A DNA stretch of 64,000 bases, taken from positions 74,760-138,759 of the forward strand of contig JAYWGM010000101.1 of the NCBI GenBank assembly GCA_043778225.1, given 5' to 3'. Positions within the stretch are counted from its first letter, which is position 1. Every line of letters begins with the position of its first letter. Both the position numbers and the translations under genes were made by a program. This DNA comes from Deinococcales bacterium. GTDB taxonomy: Bacteria; Deinococcota; Deinococci; Deinococcales; JAAFIG01. Below, in pieces: positions 1-9,772 of the stretch. The notes beneath the pieces were generated by a model. It did not search any database. It worked only from the letters and a program-made list of their open reading frames with translations, and had not been told where the DNA came from.

Positions 1-150
1 AAAATGTATGTCCCTTTACGAGCCTTAAATGGTTTAGCTGGGGTCAGCATTGCGTGGGATGCGACCGCAAAAAGTGTGCTGGTTTCGGTCGAAGGTCTGG
101 TGACACAGATTAAATTAGATTTGGCAAAATTACCAAAAGTTAAACCATAA
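1..150 (+). CDS. 3' end of a copper amine oxidase N-terminal-like (stalk) domain protein, partial
   Basis: Frame 1 reads KMYVPLRALNGLAGVSIAWDATAKSVLVSV...KP* (YVPLR...WD motif); the 5' end lies outside the window. Confidence 0.55.
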   Translation, partial: KMYVPLRALNGLAGVSIAWDATAKSVLVSVEGLVTQIKLDLAKLPKVKP

Positions 151-180
151 ACCTCGAGTCCAAATCATTGATTTTTGTAG

Positions 181-201
181 GGGTGATGCTTGTCATCACC
201 C
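181..201 (+). terminator. Hairpin, probable terminator
   Basis: GGGTGATG-cttgt-CATCACCC perfect 8-bp stem 30 nt after the stop codon. Confidence 0.5.
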
Positions 202-416
202 TGCTTTCAGCGACAGAAATTATTTATGCAAAAGGTCTAATCTCGAGTCATTCAGCTAAAATTCAGCTTTGGTTTAAGTTAAGTTGCACCCACCAAGTTT
301 AGAGTGGTTCTCGAGGATATTCAGGGCTTTGGCGCTGGCTTGACTTCGGGAGCGTTTTTTAACTCGAGTTAGGATTTTTTTCTTGGCTCGAGTCAAAAAA
401 CGGGTAAAGGTGCAAC

Positions 417-1028
417 ATGAAAACTTCAGAACAACGTATTTCGACCACTTTATTAAAAAGCCGCTATATTGTTTTGTTAGCGGTTGGCACGTTGTATTTG
501 CTGTCCATGACTTTATTCGGTTATGCGACCATTAAAACGGCGGTGATGTTGCCGGGTTTGCTGGCAAAATTTACCTCGAGCAGTTCTAAATCTTTAATGC
601 TTTTTGCGGTCGAAACCGCTGATTTATTTTTGGTGGCGGTGGTTTTATTTGTGACTGCCGCAGGGTTGTATGCGCTTTTTATGGGTAGACAAGCCAAAGC
701 CGGCGATGCGGCGGTCACCCGTTGGCTCGAGGTCGAAACACTGGACGACTTAAAACAAAACTTGATTGGCGTGGTTGTGGTGGCAATGGCGGTGCTGTTT
801 TTAGGGGTTTTTATCCGCGATGACCCAGACCATAATTTACTCGAGATTGGCGGTGGAGTTGGGGCGGTGATTGCGGCTTTGGGTTGGTATGTCTCACAAA
901 AATCCAGAGCCAAGGAATCGGATGCCAAGGTCAGCGAAATTAAAGTCAGCGAGACCAAAGTTAGCCAAGAAGAAAGCCAAGCGGCGGCAGAAACACTGGT
1001 TAAATTCAGCGAATCGCTGAAACCATAA
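417..1028 (+). CDS. YqhA/UPF0114-family membrane protein
   Basis: Four hydrophobic segments; DLFL...GLY.LF and WLEV.TLDDLK..L motifs; KVSE-repeat tail. Confidence 0.75.
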   Translation: MKTSEQRISTTLLKSRYIVLLAVGTLYLLSMTLFGYATIKTAVMLPGLLAKFTSSSSKSLMLFAVETADLFLVAVVLFVTAAGLYALFMGRQAKAGDAAVTRWLEVETLDDLKQNLIGVVVVAMAVLFLGVFIRDDPDHNLLEIGGGVGAVIAALGWYVSQKSRAKESDAKVSEIKVSETKVSQEESQAAAETLVKFSESLKP

Positions 1029-1094
1029 AAATGTAAAGACTTGCTTATATTTCAAAGAAGTGTAGAGTACGACTATGAACTTTATCGGAAATTT

Positions 1095-1457
1095 GTGAGT
1101 CAATACCGCGTTCTGGTGATTGACGATGAACCAAGAATGCGTAGCCTGATGCAGCGTGGGCTTGGTTTGGCTGGATTTCAGGTACAGACGGCTGACAATG
1201 GTGAGCTAGGTTTATTGGCAGTGACCCAAAACCCGCCAGATGTAGTGCTGCTCGACCTGATGATGCCGGGGGTATTCGATGGATTTGCGACCCTCGAGCA
1301 ACTCTTAAAACTCGAGCCACGCCCAAAAGTAATTGTTGTCTCGGGCAGAGACGAACTCGAGGACAGACAAAGGGCAAAGGTGGCGGATGGTTTTTTGGTC
1401 AAACCTGTGGCATTTGATTTTTTGGTGGAAACGATTCATAAAGTTATTCGGGCGTAA
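1095..1457 (+). CDS. Single-domain response regulator (receiver only)
   Basis: VLVIDD, LLDLMMP, SG and KP receiver motifs; GTG start uncertain. Confidence 0.85.
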   Translation: MSQYRVLVIDDEPRMRSLMQRGLGLAGFQVQTADNGELGLLAVTQNPPDVVLLDLMMPGVFDGFATLEQLLKLEPRPKVIVVSGRDELEDRQRAKVADGFLVKPVAFDFLVETIHKVIRA

Positions 1458-1468
1458 GAAGGAGTACC

Positions 1469-4400
1469 GTGATAAAGCCCAAACCAAAAGAATTACCTGT
1501 CGTGGTTGGCATCGGCGCTTCGGCTGGCGGTCTCGAGGCATTCTCGAAACTCTTAAAGGCGCTTAAACCAGACACGGGCATGGCTTTTGTTTTGCTGCAA
1601 CACCTCGAGCGCAGTCACGATAGCTTGCTGAGCGAATTATTGGCACGCACCACCAGCATGAAGGTTATCGAAATTATAGATGGCATCAGCCTTTTCGCCA
1701 ATTGTGTTTATGTCATTCCACCCAATGTTAGCGTGGTCATGAAGCGCGGTGTTTTACGGCTTTTGCCGCGTCCTGCGGGGCGAGAATTACACCAGCCCAT
1801 CAATGAATTTTTTAGTTCGCTGTCTCAGGCACGGCTGCATCAGGCAATTGGTGTGGTCTTGTCCGGCACAGCTTCGGATGGCACAGTTGGCTTAGAAGCG
1901 ATTAAAGCCGCCGGCGGAATCACTTTTGCCCAGCGTCCAGAGTCGGCACGTTCGCCAGCCATGCCGCGCAGTGCCATCAAAGCTGGTGTGGTGGATTTTG
2001 TGCTGTCGCCCGAAGAGATTGCCGCCAAGTTGGTCAGTTTAGCCCAAGACCCATACTTAGGAAAAGCCAACAAGCGTCAGGCTCGAGCCAAACCAAGTGC
2101 GGCAGCCAGCAGCGATGATGGCTTTGAAGCGATTTTACATTTACTCCAAGATGCCAAAGACGTGGATTTTTCTTTGTACCGCTCAACCACAATTGGGCGG
2201 CGAATAAGGCGGCGGATGCTGCTCGATTCGATGACTTCAACCACACGCTATATCGAACATCTACGCAGTCAGCCAGCCGCGCTCGAGTTGCTGTATCAAG
2301 ATTTGCTGATTGGTGTGACCAGTTTTTTTCGTGATGCCCATGTTTTTGAATGCCTACAAAAAACAGTTTTCCCCGAACTGCTTAAAGACCGTGCCGCCGA
2401 TGATGTGCTGCGAATCTGGGTCAGTGGTTGCTCGACCGGACAAGAAGCCTATTCTTTGGGGATGGCGTACTTGGAATGTATGGCACTTGCCAAAGTCAAT
2501 ATCCCACTGCAAATTTTTGCCACCGACTTAAACGCCCCAATGCTCGAGAAAGCCCGTGCGGGTTGGTACTCGGCTGCCAGCATGGAGAATGTTTCGCCCG
2601 AGCGCCGCAAACGTTTTTTTAGCGAAGAAAAAGATGGTTGGCGCATCAGCGAAGCGGTGCGTGAAAAAATAATCTTTTCAAAACAAAATGTTTTTGCCGA
2701 CCCGCCTTTTTCGCGTATGGACTTGGTTACTTGCCGAAATTTACTGATTTACCTCGAGCCAGCCCTGCAAAGCCGTGTCATTCCAACCCTGCACTATGCC
2801 TTAAAACCGCAGGGTGTCTTGCTGCTTGGCGCTTCGGAAACGGTTGGGCGCTTTGAGGATTTATTTGGCGTGCTTGACCAGTCTTGCCGGTTTTATAGTA
2901 AGCGCTTGGTCAGCAGCCGAATTCCAAAACTCGAGGGGCGAATTGTCAAATCGGTGGTCAGTAAACAAGAACCCACCGCCTCGGTGGTCAGTGCCAGTAC
3001 AGTACAAACAGGGCGCGAGGTAGACCATTTGCTGCTTTTGCGCTATGCCCCAAGCAGTGTCGTGGTCAACGATGCGCTCGAGGTGGTGCAGTTTCGTGGC
3101 TCGACCAGTCAATTTTTAGAAGCCCCGAGCGGTAAAGCCACTTTTAATTTGCTCAAGATGGCACGTGAAGGCTTAATGTTGCCATTGCGGCGTTTGACCG
3201 ACCAAGCCCGCCAAGAAAATCGGGTCGTGCGCCTCGAGCATCTGCGCTATTCGTACAACGGTGCAGTGGTTGCGATCAATCTCGAGGTTCAGCCCTTAAA
3301 ACAACCCGGTTGTCTGTTGGTGCTGTTCGAGGTCTTGCCAGAATTACCAGCCGCCCAGCCGACTGCCGAGCCACAAACCCAGACCCGCCAACTCGAGGAC
3401 TTGAACCGCGAATTATTAGAGTCCCGCGAATATGTGCGCTTTATCCAGCGCCAAAACGAAGACGAAAACGAACAGTTCCAAGCTGCCAATGCCGAAATGC
3501 AATCCTCGGGCGAAGAATTACAAAGCCTCAACGAAGAACTCGAGACCGCCAAAGAAGAACTCGAGTCCACCAACGAAGAAATCCAAACCTTAAACCAAGA
3601 ACTGACGGTGCGGAACGCCGAATTGTTGCGCTTAAATACGGTCTTGACCAATTTCCAAAGCAGTGCCGAATTGGCAATTGTGGCGGTCAGCTTGGACTTA
3701 GAAGTGCAACGTTTTACCCCACAAGCCGAACGTACTTTGGGTTTACGCAACACTGACCTTGGGCAGCCGATTGGTCGGCTGAGCCATTTATTAAATTTAC
3801 CCGATTTAGAAGAACTTGTTTTGACGGTTATTACTCAAGAAAAACCAACCGACTGCGAAGTTCGTGACCGCGATGGGCGCTGGTTTTTATTGCGGATTCG
3901 TCCCTATTACACCCCCGAAAATGATATTGACGGCGCGGTGCTGGTCTTGTTCGAGATGGATGCCCTAAAAAGAGCCGAACTCGAGCGAGAACGGCTACAA
4001 CAACAAACCGAAGTTGTTTTTGAAAGCCTTGCCGATGGCTTACTTGCCCTCAGTCACGATTGGATGATTACCTATATCAATGCCAACGGCGCACGTTTGG
4101 CGAATCGGTCAAAAGAGACCATGCTGGGTCGTAATTATTGGTCAATTTTTCCAGAAGTGATTGACACCGTTTTTGAGACTGGCTACAGAAAAGCCATGAC
4201 TGAACGGGTGACGGTAGACCTCGAGGCGTATTATCCTGCGCTGGCTGCCCAATTTGAGGTTCGGGCTGTGCCAGTCGAGACTGGAATCACGGTTTTTTTT
4301 CGCGATGTCACCACACGGCACGAAACCGAAATCTTGGTTGCCGAAACCAAAGAAAAACTGCGCGTGCTTGCCGAAAGCCAACAGCGTTTTTTAGCCGATG

Positions 4401-5047
4401 CCGCCCACGAGTTACGCGCTCCGTTGGCGGTCATTCAGGGCAACCTTGAGGTGCTTGAACGCTTCCCCGAGATGCCAGCCCCAGACCGTTTAGAAGCCAT
4501 CAGCGACAGCGCCCGCGAAGCCACACGCCTCGCCCAACTGGCAAATGATTTACTGGCACTGGCTCGAGGTGACGCTGGCGACGGTCTGCGGCTTGAGCCA
4601 CTTGAATTAGCGGCACTGGTTTCAGAAACCCTCCTAGGTGCAACTTATCTGGATATTCAAAACCAACTCGAGTTGGGTACAATCGAGTCGGCTTTGGTTT
4701 TAGGCGATGCCAATAAACTTAAACAACTGGTGCTGATTCTGCTCGATAACGCCATGAAATACTCGCCAGAAGGTGGAAAAGTCAGCCTGAGTTTGCAGCA
4801 CCAAACCAGCCATGCCGAATTAAGAGTCTCGGACAGTGGTCAGGGTATTGACGAAGCAGACCTCGAGCGGGTTTTTGAACGTTTTTACCGCACCGATACC
4901 TCGCGTTCACGCCAGACCGGCGGCACGGGATTAGGTTTACCGATTGCCCGTTGGATTAGCGAGCAGCACCACGCTAAACTCTGGCTCGAGAGTCAGGTTG
5001 GCGTTGGCACAACTGCCGTGTTGCGTTTACCGCTCATGCCAGAATAA
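1469..5047 (+). CDS. CheB methylesterase-CheR methyltransferase-coiled coil-PAS-histidine kinase fusion
   Basis: GIGASAGG and LSGTASDG (CheB); VTSFFRD, GCSTGQEAYS, CRNLLIY (CheR); EELQSLNEELET coil; PAS domains; AAHELRAPL, LLDNAMKY, GGTGLGL (kinase). Confidence 0.92.
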   Translation: MIKPKPKELPVVVGIGASAGGLEAFSKLLKALKPDTGMAFVLLQHLERSHDSLLSELLARTTSMKVIEIIDGISLFANCVYVIPPNVSVVMKRGVLRLLPRPAGRELHQPINEFFSSLSQARLHQAIGVVLSGTASDGTVGLEAIKAAGGITFAQRPESARSPAMPRSAIKAGVVDFVLSPEEIAAKLVSLAQDPYLGKANKRQARAKPSAAASSDDGFEAILHLLQDAKDVDFSLYRSTTIGRRIRRRMLLDSMTSTTRYIEHLRSQPAALELLYQDLLIGVTSFFRDAHVFECLQKTVFPELLKDRAADDVLRIWVSGCSTGQEAYSLGMAYLECMALAKVNIPLQIFATDLNAPMLEKARAGWYSAASMENVSPERRKRFFSEEKDGWRISEAVREKIIFSKQNVFADPPFSRMDLVTCRNLLIYLEPALQSRVIPTLHYALKPQGVLLLGASETVGRFEDLFGVLDQSCRFYSKRLVSSRIPKLEGRIVKSVVSKQEPTASVVSASTVQTGREVDHLLLLRYAPSSVVVNDALEVVQFRGSTSQFLEAPSGKATFNLLKMAREGLMLPLRRLTDQARQENRVVRLEHLRYSYNGAVVAINLEVQPLKQPGCLLVLFEVLPELPAAQPTAEPQTQTRQLEDLNRELLESREYVRFIQRQNEDENEQFQAANAEMQSSGEELQSLNEELETAKEELESTNEEIQTLNQELTVRNAELLRLNTVLTNFQSSAELAIVAVSLDLEVQRFTPQAERTLGLRNTDLGQPIGRLSHLLNLPDLEELVLTVITQEKPTDCEVRDRDGRWFLLRIRPYYTPENDIDGAVLVLFEMDALKRAELERERLQQQTEVVFESLADGLLALSHDWMITYINANGARLANRSKETMLGRNYWSIFPEVIDTVFETGYRKAMTERVTVDLEAYYPALAAQFEVRAVPVETGITVFFRDVTTRHETEILVAETKEKLRVLAESQQRFLADAAHELRAPLAVIQGNLEVLERFPEMPAPDRLEAISDSAREATRLAQLANDLLALARGDAGDGLRLEPLELAALVSETLLGATYLDIQNQLELGTIESALVLGDANKLKQLVLILLDNAMKYSPEGGKVSLSLQHQTSHAELRVSDSGQGIDEADLERVFERFYRTDTSRSRQTGGTGLGLPIARWISEQHHAKLWLESQVGVGTTAVLRLPLMPE

Positions 5048-5408
5048 TTTTGCTGGGCAAAAAAAACTTTAATTTCTCGAGCAGCAAAAGAAACTCTACA
5101 GGTTTATGGAAATAGTCATTTGCACCCAGCACCAGTCCATCTTCGGGCGCACCATCTCGACCAGTCATAAACAGAATCGGAATTAAGCTACCAGCCTTGC
5201 GGATTTGCCGCAAGGCTTCTGGACCATCCATGCCAGGCATCATCCAATCAAGAATAATCAAGTCTGGCTGAGCCGTTCGGGTCATTTCGACGGCGGCGGC
5301 TCCAGAATCTGCCTCGAGAACACCGTACCCTTCTAGGCTCAATCCGCGCCGCAAAAAGCTACGAATCCGTGGTTCATCATCGGCAACCAGAATACGAAAC
5401 TCAGGCAA
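5034..5408 (-). CDS. Single-domain response regulator (receiver only)
   Basis: ILVADD, ILDWMMPGMDG, TG and KP motifs. Confidence 0.85.
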   Translation of the reverse strand: MPEFRILVADDEPRIRSFLRRGLSLEGYGVLEADSGAAAVEMTRTAQPDLIILDWMMPGMDGPEALRQIRKAGSLIPILFMTGRDGAPEDGLVLGANDYFHKPVEFLLLLEKLKFFLPSKIILA

Positions 5409-5500
5409 GAGCGCAACAACTTTTTTCGGTGGAACAGTATCTCATACCACAAAGTCTATCACCACCAACTGATTCTAAGCTGAGGCGAACCTTGGATTTT

Positions 5501-5715
5501 GTCCTCCCCTGCGAAGCAGTAGGGGAGGTGGCGAGCGAAGCGCGTCGGAGGGGTCTTGCACAGCGTCTACCTGTTGCAAACCCATCCGTCACTCGTTGCA
5601 CTCGCGCCACCTCCACCTACCTTCTTGCTCACAAGACAGCACCTTCTTGACCACATACGCGCACCTATCAGGCGTGGTCGCTATCGGGCTGTTCGCGCTA
5701 ACGGCAGGGGAGGAC
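5501..5715. repeat. REP/MITE-like palindromic element
   Basis: 12-bp terminal inverted repeats GTCCTCCCCTGC / GCAGGGGAGGAC and a long internal hairpin at 5519-5620. Confidence 0.6.
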
Positions 5716-5805
5716 TTTTTGCGTTGCACACGAATTTCTTGATTAAGTCACAGGCAATGAAGGCAAACCTTGGACAGCCTTTGTTTTTTGTTTTACAATA
5801 CTGCC

Positions 5806-6423
5806 ATGACAGCCATACTCGAGCCACCAAAATCTGTAGAAGCACCCCTCGAGTCAATGCCACTCCTCGAGTCAATACGTTTCTCGCCGCTCGAGTTGAT
5901 GCGTTTTTCGGGTGAACGTTACGACGAGCTTTGGAGACTGGGCTTAATCACCTCCGATGACCGTGTGGAATTACTCAATGGTCAGATTGTGAGGAAACCA
6001 GAAATGAACCCACCGCATTTATATACTTTATCCGACCTTCACACCCGAATTTTGTTTCAATTCTACAACCGCGCTGTGGTACTGAATCAAAGCACAATTT
6101 TCTTACCCCAAGATGGCAGACCAGACCCAGACATTGCGCTCCTAAAACTTGGCACACCAAGAGACCGCTTGCCGTTGCCCGAAGACATTGATTTGATTAT
6201 CGAAGTTTCTGACAGCACTGTAGCTCGAGACCGCGAAACCAAACTGGCACTCTATGCCCGAGACAACATTATAGAATACTGGATTGTCAATCTGGCACAG
6301 CGCCAACTCGAGGTTTACCGCCAGCCCGACGGCTTGCGCTATGGCAGCAGTTTTACAGTTAAAGATGGCAGCCCAACCGCTTGTTTGGCATTTCCAAACG
6401 ATTTGATTGCTTGGGCAGTGTGA
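5806..6423 (+). CDS. Uma2 (DUF820) family endonuclease-like protein
   Basis: RVELLNGQI, P.PDIAL, LIIEVSDST..RD...KL.LYA...I.EYWIVNL motifs. Confidence 0.88.
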   Translation: MTAILEPPKSVEAPLESMPLLESIRFSPLELMRFSGERYDELWRLGLITSDDRVELLNGQIVRKPEMNPPHLYTLSDLHTRILFQFYNRAVVLNQSTIFLPQDGRPDPDIALLKLGTPRDRLPLPEDIDLIIEVSDSTVARDRETKLALYARDNIIEYWIVNLAQRQLEVYRQPDGLRYGSSFTVKDGSPTACLAFPNDLIAWAV

Positions 6424-7310
6424 AGGTCATTACCCTGAACGTCAATGGAATCCGCAGCGCCAACCAAAAGGGTTTACTCGAGTGGTTGGCGCTGCAAAAT
6501 GCCGACCTTGTGCTGCTCCAAGAAGTCCGAGCGCTCGAGCATCAACGACCAATTTTAGCGGGCTTGGAGCATTACCATGCTTATTGGTTTGAAGCACAAA
6601 AAGCTGGCTACAGTGGCGTTGGAATTTTAAGTAAACAGATTCCAAAAACAGTCCAGTACGGTTTTGGTTCAGCCGAATTTGATGCCGAAGGGCGGGTCTT
6701 GCGGCTCGAGTTTGAGGACTTAAATGTGGTCAGTGCCTATTTTCCAAGTGGCTCGAGCAGCCCGGAGCGCCAAGCTGCCAAGTACCGTTTTTTAGCCGAA
6801 TTCGAGCCGTGGTTGCTTGGTTTACAAGGCGAAGTTTTGTTGGGCGGCGACCTGAACATTGCCCATCAAGCAATAGACCTTAAAAATTGGCACGGTAATA
6901 TCGGCAACAGTGGTTTTTTACCCGAAGAACGGGCTTGGTTTTCTAAGCTACTCGAGGCTGGTTTTGCCGATGTTTTTAGAAACCACGTCGGGCAAACCGA
7001 GCATTATTCGTGGTGGTCTAACCGTGGTGGCGCTCGAAGAAACAATGTCGGTTGGCGCATAGATTACCAGTTGTGTACGGCTGGTTTGGCGGCTCGAGTC
7101 GAGCGGGCGAGCATTTACCGCGCAGATTTTTTTTCTGACCACGCCCCAGTCATTCTCGAGTACACAAAATCTGCGCTCGAGAATTTACGGGCTTTGATTC
7201 AAGTCGGAGTGGATGATTTCCAAGCAGGGCGGGTTACAAGTTATGATTCTCGTCAAGAAGCCGTGGCTGATATTCGAGCCTTGGCGCTTTCAAAACAAAA
7301 TCGCCCATAA
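6420..7310 (+). CDS. xth: Exodeoxyribonuclease III with a ~45-aa C-terminal extension
   Basis: NVNGIR, LQEV, GYSGV, EGRV, YFPSG, GDLNIAH, GWRIDY, SDHAP motifs; GTG start overlaps the upstream stop. Confidence 0.9.
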   Translation: MKVITLNVNGIRSANQKGLLEWLALQNADLVLLQEVRALEHQRPILAGLEHYHAYWFEAQKAGYSGVGILSKQIPKTVQYGFGSAEFDAEGRVLRLEFEDLNVVSAYFPSGSSSPERQAAKYRFLAEFEPWLLGLQGEVLLGGDLNIAHQAIDLKNWHGNIGNSGFLPEERAWFSKLLEAGFADVFRNHVGQTEHYSWWSNRGGARRNNVGWRIDYQLCTAGLAARVERASIYRADFFSDHAPVILEYTKSALENLRALIQVGVDDFQAGRVTSYDSRQEAVADIRALALSKQNRP

Positions 7311-7331
7311 GTTCTTGATAGACTGCTTTGT

Positions 7332-8102
7332 ATGGAATACATCATCAAAGATTTACACAAGGCTTTTGAAATGGATGGACTCGAGGAAGTCCAACAAAGC
7401 GCTTGGGGTTACGACGACCGCGACCTGACACCGGGCGGTTTATTTACAGTTCATGCCCACATGGGCGGAATTGTTTGCGCCGCCTTTGCGGTTGGTTCAG
7501 ATATTCCAGTCGGTTTTGCCTACAGCTTTCCAGCGCTTTACAAAAATAAAATGGTACAGCATTCGCATATGCTGGCGCTGCGCCCAGAACACCGTGCCAG
7601 TGGTTTGGCGGTGCGCCTCAAACAGCACCAACGAACTCGAGCCATAGCATTGGGCTACGACCTGATGACTTGGACTTTTGACCCAGCCTTAACCAAAAAT
7701 GCACGGCTGAACTTGGGTAAACTTGGCGCTCGAGCCGTTTCCTACCACGAGGACTGGTATGCGATTAAAGGCGGAATTTATGCTGGGCTACCCGCTGACC
7801 GTTTTTTTGCCGAATGGGATTTAACCACAACCTTTGCGGAGCGCTCTAAGACTGCTCCGAGTGGCGAAATTGCGCTTGAAGCCAACGGTACTGGAGCAGG
7901 AAAACCAAGGCTTGATTTGACAGGCGTGGTTTTAATAGAAAGCCCACGGGACATTGACGCGCTTAAAGCCTCCAATCTCGAGGCGGCTCAAACGTGGCGC
8001 ACCGCCCATCGTCTGGTTTTTCCGCATTATTTTGAGCGTGGTTATCTGGTCACGGATTTACACGACACTGGGACACAGACTTTTTATCGGCTCGAGCCGT
8101 AG
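7332..8102 (+). CDS. GNAT-family acyltransferase
   Basis: HSHMLAL.PEHR.SGLA..LK..QR and WTFDP...NA.LNL.KLGA motifs. Confidence 0.8.
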   Translation: MEYIIKDLHKAFEMDGLEEVQQSAWGYDDRDLTPGGLFTVHAHMGGIVCAAFAVGSDIPVGFAYSFPALYKNKMVQHSHMLALRPEHRASGLAVRLKQHQRTRAIALGYDLMTWTFDPALTKNARLNLGKLGARAVSYHEDWYAIKGGIYAGLPADRFFAEWDLTTTFAERSKTAPSGEIALEANGTGAGKPRLDLTGVVLIESPRDIDALKASNLEAAQTWRTAHRLVFPHYFERGYLVTDLHDTGTQTFYRLEP

Positions 8103-8105
8103 TTT

Positions 8106-8172
8106 GCGCTGGCTGAGTTTGGCTGCCTCTAGCGCTGGCTGAGTTTGGCTGCCCTCTAGCGCTGGCTGAGTT
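8106..8172. repeat. Tandem repeat, 26/27-bp unit, ~2.5 copies
   Basis: GCGCTGGCTGAGTTTGGCTGCC(C)TCTA repeated; includes the stop codon of the minus-strand hydrolase. Confidence 0.9.
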
Positions 8173-9601
8173 CGATAATCCAATCAACACTTGGGTTAGC
8201 TCGAGCCGCTAAAACATCCAAATGGGTCATGCTGGGTAAATTTCGGACATCTATGCTTTGCTGCATTTTTTTCTCGAGTGGCTGATAAGCATTTGATTCG
8301 GTCACAATACCGCGCCCACCACGAATTGCCATGACTGGGATTTTGGTGCTGCCAATGTGTTGGACTCGCAAGAATTGCCGCGCCCAAGTTGGTGACTCGA
8401 GACCAACCGCGCCTATATCTAAACTGAGTCGGGCTGGGAAATACCATTCCTGAAAATCGCTTTGCGGGTTGTAAAAACGTGTTGCAAAATCGATCGGGTC
8501 GGTCAATTCGGTTGGGTCGGTCTGGCTAGGGATTTCCCACTCGACCCGTTTTGCACCGTCTGCCACGCCCGTCACCTCGAGTGCAAAACCGCCAACAAAC
8601 CACGATAAGACATTGATACCGACTTTGGCTTGGCTGGCACGTCCGGCAGTAATCGCAAAGGCACTGATTAAGGCATATTGGTCATCACCAGAAATCATGG
8701 CAGCGGCAAGGTTGCTGGCAGGATACGGCACAACCCCGCCGGGGCTATCGCCGTTGGGGTCAAAACGCGCCAAAAGCGCGGCTGCACCAAGTTTAGCCAG
8801 CCCAGACGGGTCAAAACCAAAGGCACTAAAATACGGCACATCTGTACCCGCCTCGAGACCAAGCTGACCCGCGCCACGAATCCCAAAAGGTCCAACCACC
8901 CCAGCTTGGTAATCGGCTTGACTTGTGCCGTTTTCGGAGGTGGTACGCCCAGCCACACCATCGAGCAGCAGGAGCGAATCAATATCTTTGTAGCCGGGTG
9001 TGCCGTTAAAATCCCATCCTGCGTACAATGAAACCATGACTGCGCCAAGGCTATGACCTCCCAGCACGACTTTCTGCCCGTAGGTTCGCGCCAACTGCAC
9101 CACCCGTCGTAAATCCTCGAGATGCACCTGTAACCCCCAAAAGCCCATAAATTTTAAGTCTTTCGGGTCTCGAGCCTGAAAACCATTGGGCGCAAAATGG
9201 TACTGCCATGCCAGCCTTGGGTTGCGCTTGGTTAGGGCTTCTTGCAAACGGCTGTGGTCTTCGAGTTGATTGCTGCGGCGGTCGATTGCCCAGACCTCGA
9301 GACTTGGGTCTTTGGCGACCATGCTTCGCGCCAAACGGTCAAAATTGGCTGCACCACCCAAAAAGCCGGGCATCAGTACCACCACGGCTCGAGCTTTGCT
9401 GGTTTTGGGCAAGCTATAGCGCACAAAAAAAGCCTTGTCAAATTCGTTTGGGGTGTTGGGTTCGTCAAAGCCAGTTATGGTCATGCGCTGGGCTTCTATT
9501 ACCTCGAGACTTTTTGGCTCTGGGATTTGGGCAGATAGTGGTTGTATGGCTGGCGCACAGGCTGCCAAAGCCAACAAAGTCAGGAGCAAAAAGCGTTTCA
9601 T
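8156..9601 (-). CDS. Alpha/beta-hydrolase lipoprotein
   Basis: MKRFLLLTLLALAAC lipobox; GHSLG nucleophile elbow; C-terminal HLD. Confidence 0.75.
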   Translation of the reverse strand: MKRFLLLTLLALAACAPAIQPLSAQIPEPKSLEVIEAQRMTITGFDEPNTPNEFDKAFFVRYSLPKTSKARAVVVLMPGFLGGAANFDRLARSMVAKDPSLEVWAIDRRSNQLEDHSRLQEALTKRNPRLAWQYHFAPNGFQARDPKDLKFMGFWGLQVHLEDLRRVVQLARTYGQKVVLGGHSLGAVMVSLYAGWDFNGTPGYKDIDSLLLLDGVAGRTTSENGTSQADYQAGVVGPFGIRGAGQLGLEAGTDVPYFSAFGFDPSGLAKLGAAALLARFDPNGDSPGGVVPYPASNLAAAMISGDDQYALISAFAITAGRASQAKVGINVLSWFVGGFALEVTGVADGAKRVEWEIPSQTDPTELTDPIDFATRFYNPQSDFQEWYFPARLSLDIGAVGLESPTWARQFLRVQHIGSTKIPVMAIRGGRGIVTESNAYQPLEKKMQQSIDVRNLPSMTHLDVLAARANPSVDWIIELSQR

Positions 9602-9772
9602 GGTCTCGAGTTTACGGGTTTTATCTGAATTCAAATTGAAGTTGGGTCACACTCAATCTTTGTTGCTCCTTAGCATCTTAGAATTCAAATACAATTAAGT
9701 ATCATTGCGCCTTGTATCCAGAAAACGTAGAATCGCGGCTCGAGTTCAAATTTGAACTTTCCGGAGGTACTC

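Noticed and set aside
5369..5915. Short ORFs over the palindromic element
   Set aside because: They are by-products of a GC-rich repeat, with no RBS or domain signal
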